Part shown: in pieces, positions 41,565 to 51,637 of the stretch
Layout: every line of letters starts with the position of its first letter
Position numbering within the stretch: the first letter of the stretch is position 1
Assembly (NCBI GenBank): GCA_963666735.1
Contig: OY762926.1
Span: forward strand, 224,001-288,000
Direction of reading: 5' to 3'
Length of the DNA: 64,000 nucleotides
Origin: Gemmatimonadota bacterium
GTDB lineage: Bacteria; Gemmatimonadota; Gemmatimonadetes; Palauibacterales; Palauibacteraceae
Notes under the pieces: model-generated
Told to the model about the DNA's origin: nothing
Databases searched by the model: none
Seen by the model: the letters and a program-made list of their open reading frames with translations, nothing else
Translations under genes and position numbers: made by a program

Positions 41565-43633
41565 CAGCTCGCGCCCAACGAGGAGAGGGCGAGGGGCCAG
41601 ATCTCCCCGCTTCCATGTCGCCTCAATTGCCAGGTGGCCACGGCGAGGGTCCAGCCCGAACCCACGATGTCGTCGACCAAGAGGACCGGTTGAGGTGAAG
41701 GCTGGACGCGCACTTCCAGCGAACCGTCCACGTTGAGCGCCTGCTGAGTGCTGTTGGCCATCAACTTCTGCTCCGGGCGTTCCCTGGTCCGATCGAGGAC
41801 TGCGTGAAACGGCAACCCGAGCACACTCGCGAGACGTCGAACGAAGTCTGGAACCAGACGCGGGTGCCGGCGGGACGGTACGCAGGTCACCCACGCCGGG
41901 GCCGGTTGTGGATCCCACCGTTCCACAAGCTGTACGCAAGCATCAACGAGCTGGTCGTCGAATTGTTCTCGGTGCTTTCCCTCCCGAACCATCCTGCCCC
42001 ACCCCGCGTCGCGCCAGACGCACAACGCTCGTCCTTCGTTCGCGCGATGCACCTCAGGAATGTTCCCCTTGACCTCGTATCGGGGCAAACCGCCCGGCGG
42101 CCACGTCTTGCGCGGCTCAATCGCAAGATCCCGACCCCGGAGAAACGCGATGGCCTCTTGCACCAAGGCGAGGGAAACCGTGGCAGGGAGTGGTCGCAGG
42201 TCGGGCGGTTCATGCGGTTCAGGCTCGCCATCGAGCGCCTGAACGAGACATTCCATGTGCCCGGACTCCAGGGCCACGTATTCCTGCATCTGACGCTGCT
42301 CCTCTCGTCGCAGCAGGGTCAGGCGCGCCGCGCGCTCCCAGAACGCGTCTCCGAGGGTCGCCGCAGTCAACTGCCACTTGCTTCCCTGCTTCACGACGGG
42401 CGCAGGCGACTCGAGCGAGAGCAGCTTGATGGTCTGCTCGATGCGGCCGCCGCTCAGGTTGAGCCGGCGACGAAGACCCGGCAGCGACAGCCCCTCCGGT
42501 GACGCTTCCAACGCGGCGATCACCTGTCGCACCTGATTGCGGGTTGGGAAGGCGCTGTCGATGAAGTAGTCCGTGATGTCCGTCTCCTCATCGCCGCTCA
42601 GCAGGACGCCGTACGCGGCATCGAGCGCTCGACCGGCGCGACCCACCTGCTGGTAATAGGACACGACGGACCCCGGCGTCTGGAAGTGGATCACGAAAGC
42701 GAGGTCGGGTTTGTCGAAGCCCATGCCCAGCGCGGTGGTCGCCACCAGGGCCTTCACCCCGTTATCGAGCAACGCCGTCTCGAGTTCCACTCGCTCGGCC
42801 GGTGGCGTTCGGCCCGTGTATGATCGAACATCCACATTCCGCGACCGAAGCCATGCCGCCACGGTTTCCGCGTCACGGACGGTAAGGGTGTAAACGATGC
42901 CGTGTCCCGCGAGCTGCGGGAGCGTATCCGCCAGCCATGCCAGTCGCTCCGCCTGGCTTCGCAGGCGTATGGTCTGCAAGGCGAGGGACGGGCGGGCAAG
43001 GCCGCCCCGGGACACCGTCAGACGGGGTCCGAGGACTTCCCGTAGATCCGCCATCACCCGGTCGTTCGCCGTGGCCGTCGTCGCGAGGAGTCTCAGGTTC
43101 GGCGGGAGTGTCCGGGCGATGCGTTCGATGAGTCGGTAGTCGGGCCGAAAATCGTGCCCCCAATCGGAGATGCAGTGCGCCTCGTCGATGACCAGCAGCG
43201 CAATACGTTCGGCCATGGGAGCCAGAACTTCGTCCCGAAAGTGCTCGCTGGCGAACCGTTCCGGGGCGATCAGCAGGATGTCCACGTCGCCGCCGGCGAG
43301 CAGCTCCTCCACGTCGGACCAATCGTTCACGTTGTCCGAGGTGATGCGCGCGGCACGGACGCCCATCCGTTCGGCGGCGGCGATCTGGTTGCGCATCAAG
43401 GCGAGCAGGGGAGACACCAGGAGGGTTGGGCCGGATCCTCCTTCCCGCAGGAGCTTCGTGGCGATGAAGTAGACGAAGCTCTTGCCCCAGCCGGTCCTCT
43501 GGACGACGAGGAGCCGCCCGTCGCCCCTGACCACATGGCGGATGGCGTCCTGCTGGCCGGGGTGGAATCCGGCGCCGGGCCGGCCAGTACCGATTCCGAG
43601 GAGTTCAAGGGCTCGGTTGCTGTCGTATCTCAA
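41564..43633 (-). CDS. RecQ-family helicase with a C-terminal PRTase-like domain
   Basis: [43 protein letters not shown]; tail [13 protein letters not shown]. Confidence 0.9.
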   Translation of the reverse strand: MRYDSNRALELLGIGTGRPGAGFHPGQQDAIRHVVRGDGRLLVVQRTGWGKSFVYFIATKLLREGGSGPTLLVSPLLALMRNQIAAAERMGVRAARITSDNVNDWSDVEELLAGGDVDILLIAPERFASEHFRDEVLAPMAERIALLVIDEAHCISDWGHDFRPDYRLIERIARTLPPNLRLLATTATANDRVMADLREVLGPRLTVSRGGLARPSLALQTIRLRSQAERLAWLADTLPQLAGHGIVYTLTVRDAETVAAWLRSRNVDVRSYTGRTPPAERVELETALLDNGVKALVATTALGMGFDKPDLAFVIHFQTPGSVVSYYQQVGRAGRALDAAYGVLLSGDEETDITDYFIDSAFPTRNQVRQVIAALEASPEGLSLPGLRRRLNLSGGRIEQTIKLLSLESPAPVVKQGSKWQLTAATLGDAFWERAARLTLLRREEQRQMQEYVALESGHMECLVQALDGEPEPHEPPDLRPLPATVSLALVQEAIAFLRGRDLAIEPRKTWPPGGLPRYEVKGNIPEVHRANEGRALCVWRDAGWGRMVREGKHREQFDDQLVDACVQLVERWDPQPAPAWVTCVPSRRHPRLVPDFVRRLASVLGLPFHAVLDRTRERPEQKLMANSTQQALNVDGSLEVRVQPSPQPVLLVDDIVGSGWTLAVATWQLRRHGSGEIWPLALSSLGAS

Positions 43634-43815
43634 TCGTCGCCTCGTGGGACGTTTCGCTGCGGGTGTACGTTGCCAGATTGGGGAGCGGATCCGTAGCCAA
43701 GTCTCCGGACCGGCGTCATCTGCCCCTCAACGTCGAGCGAGTGTCTGATCGCCCGCGGGGCGGGCGCCACGGGCGTTCGCATCGCGCGCTCTGGAGACGA
43801 GCGTCACCTTCTGCC

Positions 43816-44574
43816 TCACTTGTCAGCCGCCCTTTGCCACCATCGACCGATTGCCTCCGCATACAGCGGCCAGCAGTGTTTGCGCTGCGGATTGAACTGC
43901 CCCCAATTGCCGGGGTGGTAGCTTTGGAGCCAGAGAACGGTCTTCGCCCCCGGTTCAAGTTCGATGCGGTCGGTCTCGTAGCGAGCGTCATTCTTGTAGC
44001 CGCTGGCGGGTAGCCTCCGCTCATCGTGCTCCAGGATGTCGAAGCCCCTTCGGATGGCGACTTCGGCCCAGCCGCCTTGCGTCACGACGACATCCGGACT
44101 CAGGAGGCGTAGTTCTCCGGGGATGAAGCGGCGGCAGTTCTCGAATAGCACGTTATCCGCTTGTTTTTTCTGAGACTTGTTCTGGCAACATTTCGCGCTG
44201 TTGACGTGGGCGAAGTAGAGCCGCGAGTCGACGACCGTGAGTTCTGGCTTGAACTGATGGAGCAGCACGAACGCCATCTCGTGGGTGCGGTACCAGTGCT
44301 TGTGCTTCGGGAGCGCCGCGACATCGTAAGCGAGGTTTCCCTGGCGAACGGCTTCGGCTGTGCGTTGCCTCGGATCTGGATCGGCACTTCCGGAGTCGAG
44401 CGAGAGGAAGAGCAGGCGCGGGAGTTCTCGCTCCTCATAGCGCGGACCCACGTAGCTCGCCTTGGCCGACGTGAAGCCCGGGGATCCCGCGGAGCAAGCC
44501 GAATACGAGGAACAACGAAATCTGTCCGGCAAGATGCCGTGTTCCTCGTAGAACACGTTGAGTTTCCTAAGCAT
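43816..44574 (-). CDS. Uracil-DNA-glycosylase-like superfamily protein
   Basis: VNSAKC, NCRRFIPGELRLLSPDVVVTQG, SYHP. Confidence 0.6.
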   Translation of the reverse strand: MLRKLNVFYEEHGILPDRFRCSSYSACSAGSPGFTSAKASYVGPRYEERELPRLLFLSLDSGSADPDPRQRTAEAVRQGNLAYDVAALPKHKHWYRTHEMAFVLLHQFKPELTVVDSRLYFAHVNSAKCCQNKSQKKQADNVLFENCRRFIPGELRLLSPDVVVTQGGWAEVAIRRGFDILEHDERRLPASGYKNDARYETDRIELEPGAKTVLWLQSYHPGNWGQFNPQRKHCWPLYAEAIGRWWQRAADK

Positions 44575-44616
44575 GTCTGGGGTAGACCCCCTTGCCGGTT
44601 CCAAGGGCTCCGCTGA

Positions 44617-44632
44617 CGTTCCCGCGGGAACG
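44617..44632. repeat. 16-bp perfect palindrome, dispersed motif
   Basis: CGTTCCCGCGGGAACG between divergent genes. Confidence 0.8.
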
Positions 44633-44693
44633 CCGTACTCATGCGACGAGACACGCCGCCCTGCTTGCCGAGCCTCACAAGACTGAGATCGAG

Positions 44694-45593
44694 ATGACCA
44701 CGGATATCAAGCTGTTCGACATCGGGAAACGACCCGCGACCGAGATTCCTGGGCGCGCGACAACCGTCGAAAGATCGCTGCACGACCTGATCGAGCGGAA
44801 TCTCGAAGAGATGCTTGGCATCCGCTTCCTAGCGAGTGAGCATACGACGGGCAGGAAGCAACGCGGCCGTATCGACACCCTCGGCATCGACGAGAACTCG
44901 AACCCGGTGATCATCGAATACAAGCGAACGACCAACGAGAACGTGATCAACCAGGGCTTGTTCTACCTGGACTGGCTGCTGGATCACCGCTCAGAGTTCA
45001 AGCTCCTCGTCCTCGACGAGTTGGGGAAGGCCGAAGCGGAGAAGATCGATTGGTCCGCGCCTCGGTTGCTCTGCATCGCCGGTGGGTTCAGCCGGTACGA
45101 CGAACATGCGGTCGAGCAGATGAACCGAAACATCGAGCTGATCCGTTACCGGCGGTTTGGAGACGGTCTTCTGATGCTCGAGCTGGTGAACGCAGCCTCG
45201 GCCGAGCCTCCTCCCGTCGGGCCCAAGCCCGGACCCGACAAGACGTTCTCGGAAATCGTGGACGCGCTGGACGGACCACTCCTGGATCTCTATGAGAGCC
45301 TGAAGGATCACCTGATGGCGCTGGGTGATGATGTCCAGGAAAAGAGGCTGAAATACTATGCCGCCTTCAAGCGGCTGCGGAACTTCGCGTGCGTCAACAT
45401 AGCACCGACGAAGGCGACCTTGACCGTTTACCTTAAGGTGGATCCGGACACGGTTTCTCTGGAAAAGGGGTTCAGCCGAGATGTGCGGGGTAAGGGGCAC
45501 TGGGGGACCGGAGATCTCGAGGTGAGTCTTCGTACGCCTGAGGACCTTGAGCGCGCCAAGCCCCTGCTCGAAAGGAGCTACGAGGCTACCTGA
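44694..45593 (+). CDS. NucS/DUF91-like endonuclease with a C-terminal DUF5655-like domain
   Basis: ERSL...IE, GRIDTLGID...IIEYK, QGLFY; tail GHWGTGDLE. Confidence 0.8.
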   Translation: MTTDIKLFDIGKRPATEIPGRATTVERSLHDLIERNLEEMLGIRFLASEHTTGRKQRGRIDTLGIDENSNPVIIEYKRTTNENVINQGLFYLDWLLDHRSEFKLLVLDELGKAEAEKIDWSAPRLLCIAGGFSRYDEHAVEQMNRNIELIRYRRFGDGLLMLELVNAASAEPPPVGPKPGPDKTFSEIVDALDGPLLDLYESLKDHLMALGDDVQEKRLKYYAAFKRLRNFACVNIAPTKATLTVYLKVDPDTVSLEKGFSRDVRGKGHWGTGDLEVSLRTPEDLERAKPLLERSYEAT

Positions 45594-45653
45594 TATGCTA
45601 GAATTCAGTCACGCTTCCGCTTCGGCTGCTCCGAACCGCCAGCGCGTGACTCC

Positions 45654-47819
45654 ATGACGCATACGGAGATCGTCAGCTTCATCTGGGATGTCGCGAACCT
45701 GATTCGGGACACCTTCAAGCGGGGGAAGTACCAGGACGTGATCCTCCCGCTGACCGTCCTGCGGCGGCTCGACTGCGTGCTTGCGCCGACGAAGGCGGCG
45801 GTGCTCGCGCGGAAGGCTGAACTGCGGGGGTTGGGCCTCGAGGACATGGACGCGCAGCTCAAGAAGGCGTCGGGGTTCGCCTTCTACAACACGTCGCGAT
45901 ACGACTTCGAGCGCCTCCTCGGCGACGCGCCCGCGCTGGCCGCGAACCTGCGCAACTACATCGTCGGGTTCAGCGATGACATGCGGGAGGTCATCGAGCG
46001 CTTCGACTTCGACAACACGATCAGCAAGCTCGACGAGTCGCAGTTGCTGTACCAGGTGGTGGAGCGGTTCGGGACGCTGGACCTCCATCCCGACGCGATC
46101 GACAACGCGACCATGGGGACCATCTTCGAGGAGCTGATCCGGAAGTTCAACGAGGCGCTCGACGAGAACCCCGGCGAGCACTTCACGCCGCGGGACGTCG
46201 TCCACCTCATGGTCGAGTTGATGCTGGCGGGAGACGAGGAGGAACTCTCGCGCGTGGGCACCGTGCGCAGCGTGTACGACCCCTGCTGCGGCTCCGGCGG
46301 CATGCTGATGATCGCCAAGCAGCGCATCCTCGAGGGAAGGGAGGAGAACGGCGAACTCCTCCGGCGTCCGATCAACCGCGACGCGGATATCCACCTGTTC
46401 GGGCAGGAGGTGAACCCGGAGACGTGGGCGATATCGAGATCGGACTTCTTCATGAAGGACCCGGAGGGCCACGACGCCAAGAGGATCGCCTTCGGCAGCG
46501 TGCTCTCCAACGACCGGCACGCGGGCCAACGCTTCGACTACCTGATCGCCAATCCTCCCTATGGAAAGGACTGGAAGCGCGACAAGGACGCGGTCAAGGC
46601 GGAACACGAGCGCGGGGCCGCCGGCCGTTTCGGTCCCGGACTCCCGAGGATCAGCGACGGGCAGACGCTGTTTCTTCTTCACATGCTCGCGCGCGCGAGG
46701 ACGCCGAAGGACGGCGGCACGCGCATCGCGATCATCATGAACGGATCGCCGCTCTTCACCGGCGACGCGGGGGGCGGCGAGAGTGAGATCCGCCGGCACA
46801 TCCTGGAGAACGACCTGCTCGAGGCGTTGATCGCGCTCCCGGAACAGCTCTTCTACAACACGGGTATCGGCACCTACATCTGGCTGCTCACGAACCGCAA
46901 GGCGCCGGAGCGCGCGGGGAAGGTCCAACTCATCGACGCGACCTCCTTCTGGTCGTCGCTCAAGAAGAGTCTCGGGGATAAGCGGCGCGACATTCCGGCG
47001 GAGAAGGCGGCGGACATCCTGGCGCTGCTGCGAGGTTTCCGAGACGCTGAGACCCGCCCCGTGACTGGGGACGACGGCGAAGAGAACGTATCGGTCAGTC
47101 GCGTGTTCCCGCCGACGCGGTTCGGGTTCCGCAAGATCACCGTGGAGAGGCCCCTGCGGCTCAACTTCCGGGCGAGCGAGGAGCGGATCGCCCGGCTGGA
47201 TGAGCAGACGGCGTTCGCAAACCTGGCCAAGTCGCGCAAGCGGGGTGAGGCGGGTGAGCGCGAGAAGGCGGAGGGCCGGGCTCTGCAGGCAGCGATCAAG
47301 ACGGCGCTCGAGTCGATGCCGGGCGATTTCTACAAGGACCGCGAGGCGTTCGCCGCCGAGCTGGATGCAGCCATGGAAAGGGCAGGGCTCAAGCTCCGCC
47401 TCCCGGTGCGGAAGGCGATCCTCAAAGCGCTCTCGGAACGCGACGAGATGGCGGAGATCTGCCGCGCGGCCAATGGCAAACCGGAGCCCGACCCGCAGTT
47501 GCGGGACACCGAACGCGTCCCGCTCCCGGATGGCGACGACCCGGTCGACGACGACGGGGTCCCGGAGAGCGTACGGGAGTTCTTCGAGCGAGAGGTCAGG
47601 CCGCACGCGGACGACGCCTGGATCGACACGACGAAGCGCGACCAGCGGGACGGGAACGTCGGTATGGTGGGATACGAGATCAACTTCAACCGCTACTTCT
47701 ACCGCTTCAAGCCGCCCCGCCCCCTCGAGGAGATCGAAGCGGATATCGGGACAATCGGAGCCGAGATCGTGGAGATGCTGCGGGAGGTGGCGCGGATCCC
47801 GTACACCCCGGAGTCCTGA
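45654..47819 (+). CDS. hsdM: Type I RM methyltransferase
   Basis: VILPLTVLRRLD, GEHFTPR, DPCCGSGG, ANPPY, GYEINFNRYFY. Confidence 0.95.
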   Translation: MTHTEIVSFIWDVANLIRDTFKRGKYQDVILPLTVLRRLDCVLAPTKAAVLARKAELRGLGLEDMDAQLKKASGFAFYNTSRYDFERLLGDAPALAANLRNYIVGFSDDMREVIERFDFDNTISKLDESQLLYQVVERFGTLDLHPDAIDNATMGTIFEELIRKFNEALDENPGEHFTPRDVVHLMVELMLAGDEEELSRVGTVRSVYDPCCGSGGMLMIAKQRILEGREENGELLRRPINRDADIHLFGQEVNPETWAISRSDFFMKDPEGHDAKRIAFGSVLSNDRHAGQRFDYLIANPPYGKDWKRDKDAVKAEHERGAAGRFGPGLPRISDGQTLFLLHMLARARTPKDGGTRIAIIMNGSPLFTGDAGGGESEIRRHILENDLLEALIALPEQLFYNTGIGTYIWLLTNRKAPERAGKVQLIDATSFWSSLKKSLGDKRRDIPAEKAADILALLRGFRDAETRPVTGDDGEENVSVSRVFPPTRFGFRKITVERPLRLNFRASEERIARLDEQTAFANLAKSRKRGEAGEREKAEGRALQAAIKTALESMPGDFYKDREAFAAELDAAMERAGLKLRLPVRKAILKALSERDEMAEICRAANGKPEPDPQLRDTERVPLPDGDDPVDDDGVPESVREFFEREVRPHADDAWIDTTKRDQRDGNVGMVGYEINFNRYFYRFKPPRPLEEIEADIGTIGAEIVEMLREVARIPYTPES

Positions 47820-47941
47820 CCCGCCGGTTATCTCTGGACTGCCGCGGGTGTCGTTTGGTCGGCACAAGAAAAGCGACCGGGCGAGCCCCGCAGGACTCAA
47901 CGAACCGCCGTGGCAGCAAGCGCGTGGAGTGCGCCACTCGG

Positions 47942-48568
47942 TCAGGGGCTCCCGCGGTAGTCCCGGCGGTCAACGCACCGATCGTAGAGTTCGCGGTCGA
48001 TCGGAATCCAATCGGTCTTGTTGATTCCTCTGCGGTTCCGGCTGGCGGGACTCTGCGGATAGGCGCTGGCGATCTTGATCCACCGTCGCTGCTCCCGTGC
48101 GATGGTTCGAATCTCCTCGGCGACCTCCGAGAGATCCTGATCCTGGCTCATGATGACCGCCACGTCGTATTCGCGACGGTGAGCGAGTACGATCACGTCG
48201 AGCGCGATTCGCACGTCGACCCCCTTCTCCTCTCCGGTAAGAAAAGAGTGCTGTGTGCCGTCGGGAAGATCTACGGTGCGGTTCCGGTACCGGAGCGGCC
48301 TGCTGTACACGACGACCCGCCGCCGCCCCATCGCCGCGAGCTTACGAGTCCAGAAGGAGTGCCATCGGGCGTTATCGGCAGCATCAGGGATCCCAGTGTA
48401 GAAGCGCACTTGCGTCAGATCCCATCCCTGTCGCGCGCAAACTTGCTCGGCGAGGGCCGAAACGTCGTAGTTGGGGTAGGTATAGCCGAACGCTTCGCGC
48501 GCGGCGTGGAACAGGTTCTGGCCATCGACGAAGGCGACGGCACGCTTGGCTGGGGGTTCTCGGGTCAT
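47942..48568 (-). CDS. NYN-domain (LabA/PIN-like) ribonuclease
   Basis: FVDGQNL, EEKGVDVRIALD, SQDQDL. Confidence 0.9.
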   Translation of the reverse strand: MTREPPAKRAVAFVDGQNLFHAAREAFGYTYPNYDVSALAEQVCARQGWDLTQVRFYTGIPDAADNARWHSFWTRKLAAMGRRRVVVYSRPLRYRNRTVDLPDGTQHSFLTGEEKGVDVRIALDVIVLAHRREYDVAVIMSQDQDLSEVAEEIRTIAREQRRWIKIASAYPQSPASRNRRGINKTDWIPIDRELYDRCVDRRDYRGSP

Positions 48569-48579
48569 AGGTCGGTTGG

Positions 48580-48622
48580 AAAAAATAACCCCGCCCGAGG
48601 CCTTTCGGCGTGTCGGGCGGGG
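48580..48622 (-). terminator. GAAA-capped hairpin with U-tract ending 11 nt before the NYN start
   Basis: Minus strand CCCCGCCCGA-CAC-GCC-GAAA-GGC-C-TCGGGCGGGG-TTATTTTTT. Confidence 0.75.
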
Positions 48623-48636
48623 GGCAAGTACCAATC

Positions 48637-48665
48637 AGGGTATCACACCGTGGGGACGACGTCAA
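48637..48665 (-). promoter_or_regulatory. Sigma70-like promoter
   Basis: TTGACG-N17-TACCCT with an extended -10 TG. Confidence 0.65.
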
Positions 48666-48735
48666 TTCCTTGAGCCGCCCCCTCCCCGAGTCGCCGGATG
48701 AGATCGATGCTGATAGCGGTGCCGCCCATTCGCGT

Positions 48736-48765
48736 CAACAGGATTGTTGACAACAGGTCTGTTGA
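48736..48765. repeat. 2 x 15-bp palindromic operator-like units
   Basis: CAACAGGATTGTTGA CAACAGGTCTGTTGA. Confidence 0.7.
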
Positions 48766-48774
48766 CGCGCGCAC

Positions 48775-49086
48775 TCACGACGCTTGCGATCCACTCCTCC
48801 GGCCGTCCGCGTTCCAGCCCCGGCTTCGCTGCGACCCCGATGGCCTGCGACGTTCGCCATTGGCATGCGTCAGGCGATGCGATAGGAACGCAGCGGCAGG
48901 AGCCTTGGCTTCCAACGTGGAGAGGTCCAGGCGGATCGAGGCGCGATCGATATCGAATCCCACGATGTGACCGCGGGCATCCAGGTCGACCTGGACTCCG
49001 CCGGCGACTTCACGCGTCTCGGTGCCCAGGCCCTCTTGGAACTCGACGTAGAGGCTGTCGGTTTCGGGATAGTAGTGCAGTTTCAT
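48775..49086 (-). CDS. DUF2283 protein (orphan antitoxin-like; tail may be read-through)
   Basis: MKLHYYPETDSLYVEF...DLDARGHIVGFDI; AGGAGGGG RBS. Confidence 0.8.
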   Translation of the reverse strand: MKLHYYPETDSLYVEFQEGLGTETREVAGGVQVDLDARGHIVGFDIDRASIRLDLSTLEAKAPAAAFLSHRLTHANGERRRPSGSQRSRGWNADGRRSGSQAS

Positions 49087-49138
49087 CGTGTTCCCCTCCT
49101 GAAGCCGCGCGTTTGGTGCGAGTTCCCCTACAGGTTGC

Positions 49139-49168
49139 CAACAGGATCGTTGACAACGAATCCGTTGA
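49139..49168. repeat. 2 x 15-bp palindromic operator-like units
   Basis: CAACAGGATCGTTGA CAACGAATCCGTTGA. Confidence 0.7.
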
Positions 49169-49215
49169 CGATACGCCTCCCGCCGTGGGGGGGCCTCGCC
49201 GCAAGCAGCTCACCG

Positions 49216-51621
49216 TCACCGACCCGTCTCTGGTCGTGCGGCTGATTGCAGCCGTTTCAGATTCGTGAGATCTCGCTGGATGTCCTCCGCCACCTTTCGA
49301 ACTTCGATCGCAACTTTGGGTTCGAGGCCCATCTCAAGTTCGAGAGCGGTCGTGAGAGGAAGGAGTCGCGCCGACGACGGGGATTCTCGGATGAGAGTGT
49401 GCATTTGACGGAAGCCGAGAAGCAGGCTGGCGCACACCAAATCCCCAATCAATCCCTCCGGAAATTCAGCTAGCTCCGGGATGATTTGGAGGACAGCCTG
49501 GATGTCGCCGATCGCGGATGGTTGGTCATCCAGGCTGATACTGGCCTGAGAGCGGAGCATGTGTACCGTGGTTCGACGACCGAGCGTTTCGGCCTTGTTC
49601 CACGCTGAGCCCTCGCTCGCTTCGGCGAGCCTGTCGCTCTCATCCAGTCGCCGCAACACCTCGTCATACGTCTCGCGTTGCTCCAGGCCACGGTGCAGCT
49701 TGGCGAGTATGGCCGCCTTCAGGAACAGCCCCTGTACCACTACCTCCCCTATCTCAGCGACCGGGCTCCCTCCAAAATGTTCCACGAGTTTGTCGAGTTC
49801 CGCGATCGACTCGTCCGCGCGGTTCAAGCCAACGAGGTTTCTGGCGTCAAGGAGGCGCGCGCTTGCGAGTAGAACACGCGCCTGGGCGGGGAGTTCGTCT
49901 CCGGATCCAAACCGCCGATCGAGTGCTTCATAGACCTCCATCTCCTCGACGGTTCTGCCCATGGTATGCAGAACCACGCCGCGTAGCGTCATCGCACACG
50001 CCAACACCTCGTCGCGACCATTGGCGTCGAACTTGCGGATCGAGTCGTCACACGCGGCGAGTGCTTCCTCCAGCTGTCCCGCCCCGTACAGGCCAACCGC
50101 CTTACCAATCGAAGCGCCAGCGAACGAACCGCGCACACCGCGCATCTCCGGCAGCTGCTTTGCGCCGAGACGCTCGACCGTCTCCGATTTACGCACCAGG
50201 TCGTCCCAGATCTCGGGCATGTCAGCCGCATCGCGATGTTCAAGCTGCTCAGATACTTCTTTGGCTTGATCCTGAAGCTCCCCCAGGGCCGCGATAGCCT
50301 CCGTCACATCGTCGGCTACGTATCCGGGGTGTTCCCGCAGAAAATGCGGCGCGAGCCGGGGACTTCGACTCAGGTGGTGTAACGTGGCATCGCAGACGTG
50401 CCGGATCGCCGGATCCAGCGTGGAGGCGTCCTCCACTATGCGGTCCACAAGCCCTTCCAGTTCTCGTTTCGCGTAGTACGCTTCCATGAACGTCACCAGC
50501 GCCTGGGCCAGCCCGTCCGCCCCGCTGCTTCGGCGGAGCAGGTAGTAGATGGAATAGAGGCGCTCGCTCGCGTAATACTGCCGGCGCCGTGCCGTTCCGC
50601 CCGCTTCCGACACCACGCCGCGCTCGATCAAGCGTCTCAGCTGGGCGCTGCACGCGCTCGTCTCGATTCTGGCGCGCTGCGCGACCTCCCGGGCCGTCGA
50701 TGGCCGCCATAGTTCCAGGAGTGCGAGGTAAACCCGGCGCTCCTGCGCCGGCAGGGATTCCAGGTGGCTCTTGAAATAGGCGGTGTGTTCGTCGACCAGA
50801 TCCAGAAGATCGGCCATCAGGGCCCCGAAGGATGTCTCCGCAGCGAAGCGGGCCATGATCGCCAGCAAGCGAGGGCTTCCGCCGGTGATGATCTGAAGAC
50901 TACGCGCGGCGCCGGGCTCCACAGGCCGCCCGGCCACCGTCTCGCACAAGACCGCGCTTTCCTTCCGGTCGAGCGGGCGCAGCGTCAACACCCGAAAGAG
51001 GTCGTACAGCGCCCGGTCGGGCCGGTCGATCTCGCCGAACCTGCTCGTCGCGCTGCCAACCAACATGATCTGCGGCTCGGTCTGGAGCGTCTGCCTCAGG
51101 CACCATCCCGCGTCGCGGTCCGTCATGTCGGAGAACATCATGTTGAGGTTCTCCACGCCCAGCACCAGCCGTTTTCCCTCGCGCCCGGCGAAGTCCAGCA
51201 CGGCGCCGAGGCACCGTTCGCGCAGCCTGCGGTCATCCCGCTCCCTCCGCAGATCCTCCAGGCTAAGGGAGAGATTCACCCCGCCCCTCTCACCCGGTAC
51301 CTGGCGGGAGAGGTGGGACAGACACTCCAGCCAGAACTCGCCGCAGGTGCCGACTCCGTAGCTTTCCTCCGCGAACACGATCGGATACAGGCGGGAGGAG
51401 AGTTCGGGATCGGACCGGATCTCCGACGCTACCCGCAAGAGGAGCATCGTCTTTCCGCTCCCGCGCGGGCCGATCACGATGACGTGCTGGTTGGAGGCGC
51501 CCGCGTTCTCGCGAAGGGTCTCGATGATCGACCGGAACTCGCCCGTCCTCACGCAGAACGTCGCCCTCAGGTCAGCGTCGGAGAGGAAGCCCGGATTGTA
51601 GTTCTTCGCGGCTATACCCAT
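49216..51621 (-). CDS. P-loop ATPase - wHTH - TPR-like protein (STAND-like)
   Basis: GPRGSGKT, LGVEN at the Walker B position, TGGSPR, wHTH STAREVAQRAR...LRRLIERG, helical repeats. Confidence 0.78.
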   Translation of the reverse strand: MGIAAKNYNPGFLSDADLRATFCVRTGEFRSIIETLRENAGASNQHVIVIGPRGSGKTMLLLRVASEIRSDPELSSRLYPIVFAEESYGVGTCGEFWLECLSHLSRQVPGERGGVNLSLSLEDLRRERDDRRLRERCLGAVLDFAGREGKRLVLGVENLNMMFSDMTDRDAGWCLRQTLQTEPQIMLVGSATSRFGEIDRPDRALYDLFRVLTLRPLDRKESAVLCETVAGRPVEPGAARSLQIITGGSPRLLAIMARFAAETSFGALMADLLDLVDEHTAYFKSHLESLPAQERRVYLALLELWRPSTAREVAQRARIETSACSAQLRRLIERGVVSEAGGTARRRQYYASERLYSIYYLLRRSSGADGLAQALVTFMEAYYAKRELEGLVDRIVEDASTLDPAIRHVCDATLHHLSRSPRLAPHFLREHPGYVADDVTEAIAALGELQDQAKEVSEQLEHRDAADMPEIWDDLVRKSETVERLGAKQLPEMRGVRGSFAGASIGKAVGLYGAGQLEEALAACDDSIRKFDANGRDEVLACAMTLRGVVLHTMGRTVEEMEVYEALDRRFGSGDELPAQARVLLASARLLDARNLVGLNRADESIAELDKLVEHFGGSPVAEIGEVVVQGLFLKAAILAKLHRGLEQRETYDEVLRRLDESDRLAEASEGSAWNKAETLGRRTTVHMLRSQASISLDDQPSAIGDIQAVLQIIPELAEFPEGLIGDLVCASLLLGFRQMHTLIRESPSSARLLPLTTALELEMGLEPKVAIEVRKVAEDIQRDLTNLKRLQSAARPETGR

Positions 51622-51637
51622 GAATCGAGCCTCCTCG

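Noticed and set aside
45609..47900. 763-aa ORF antisense to hsdM
   Set aside because: Shadow ORF.
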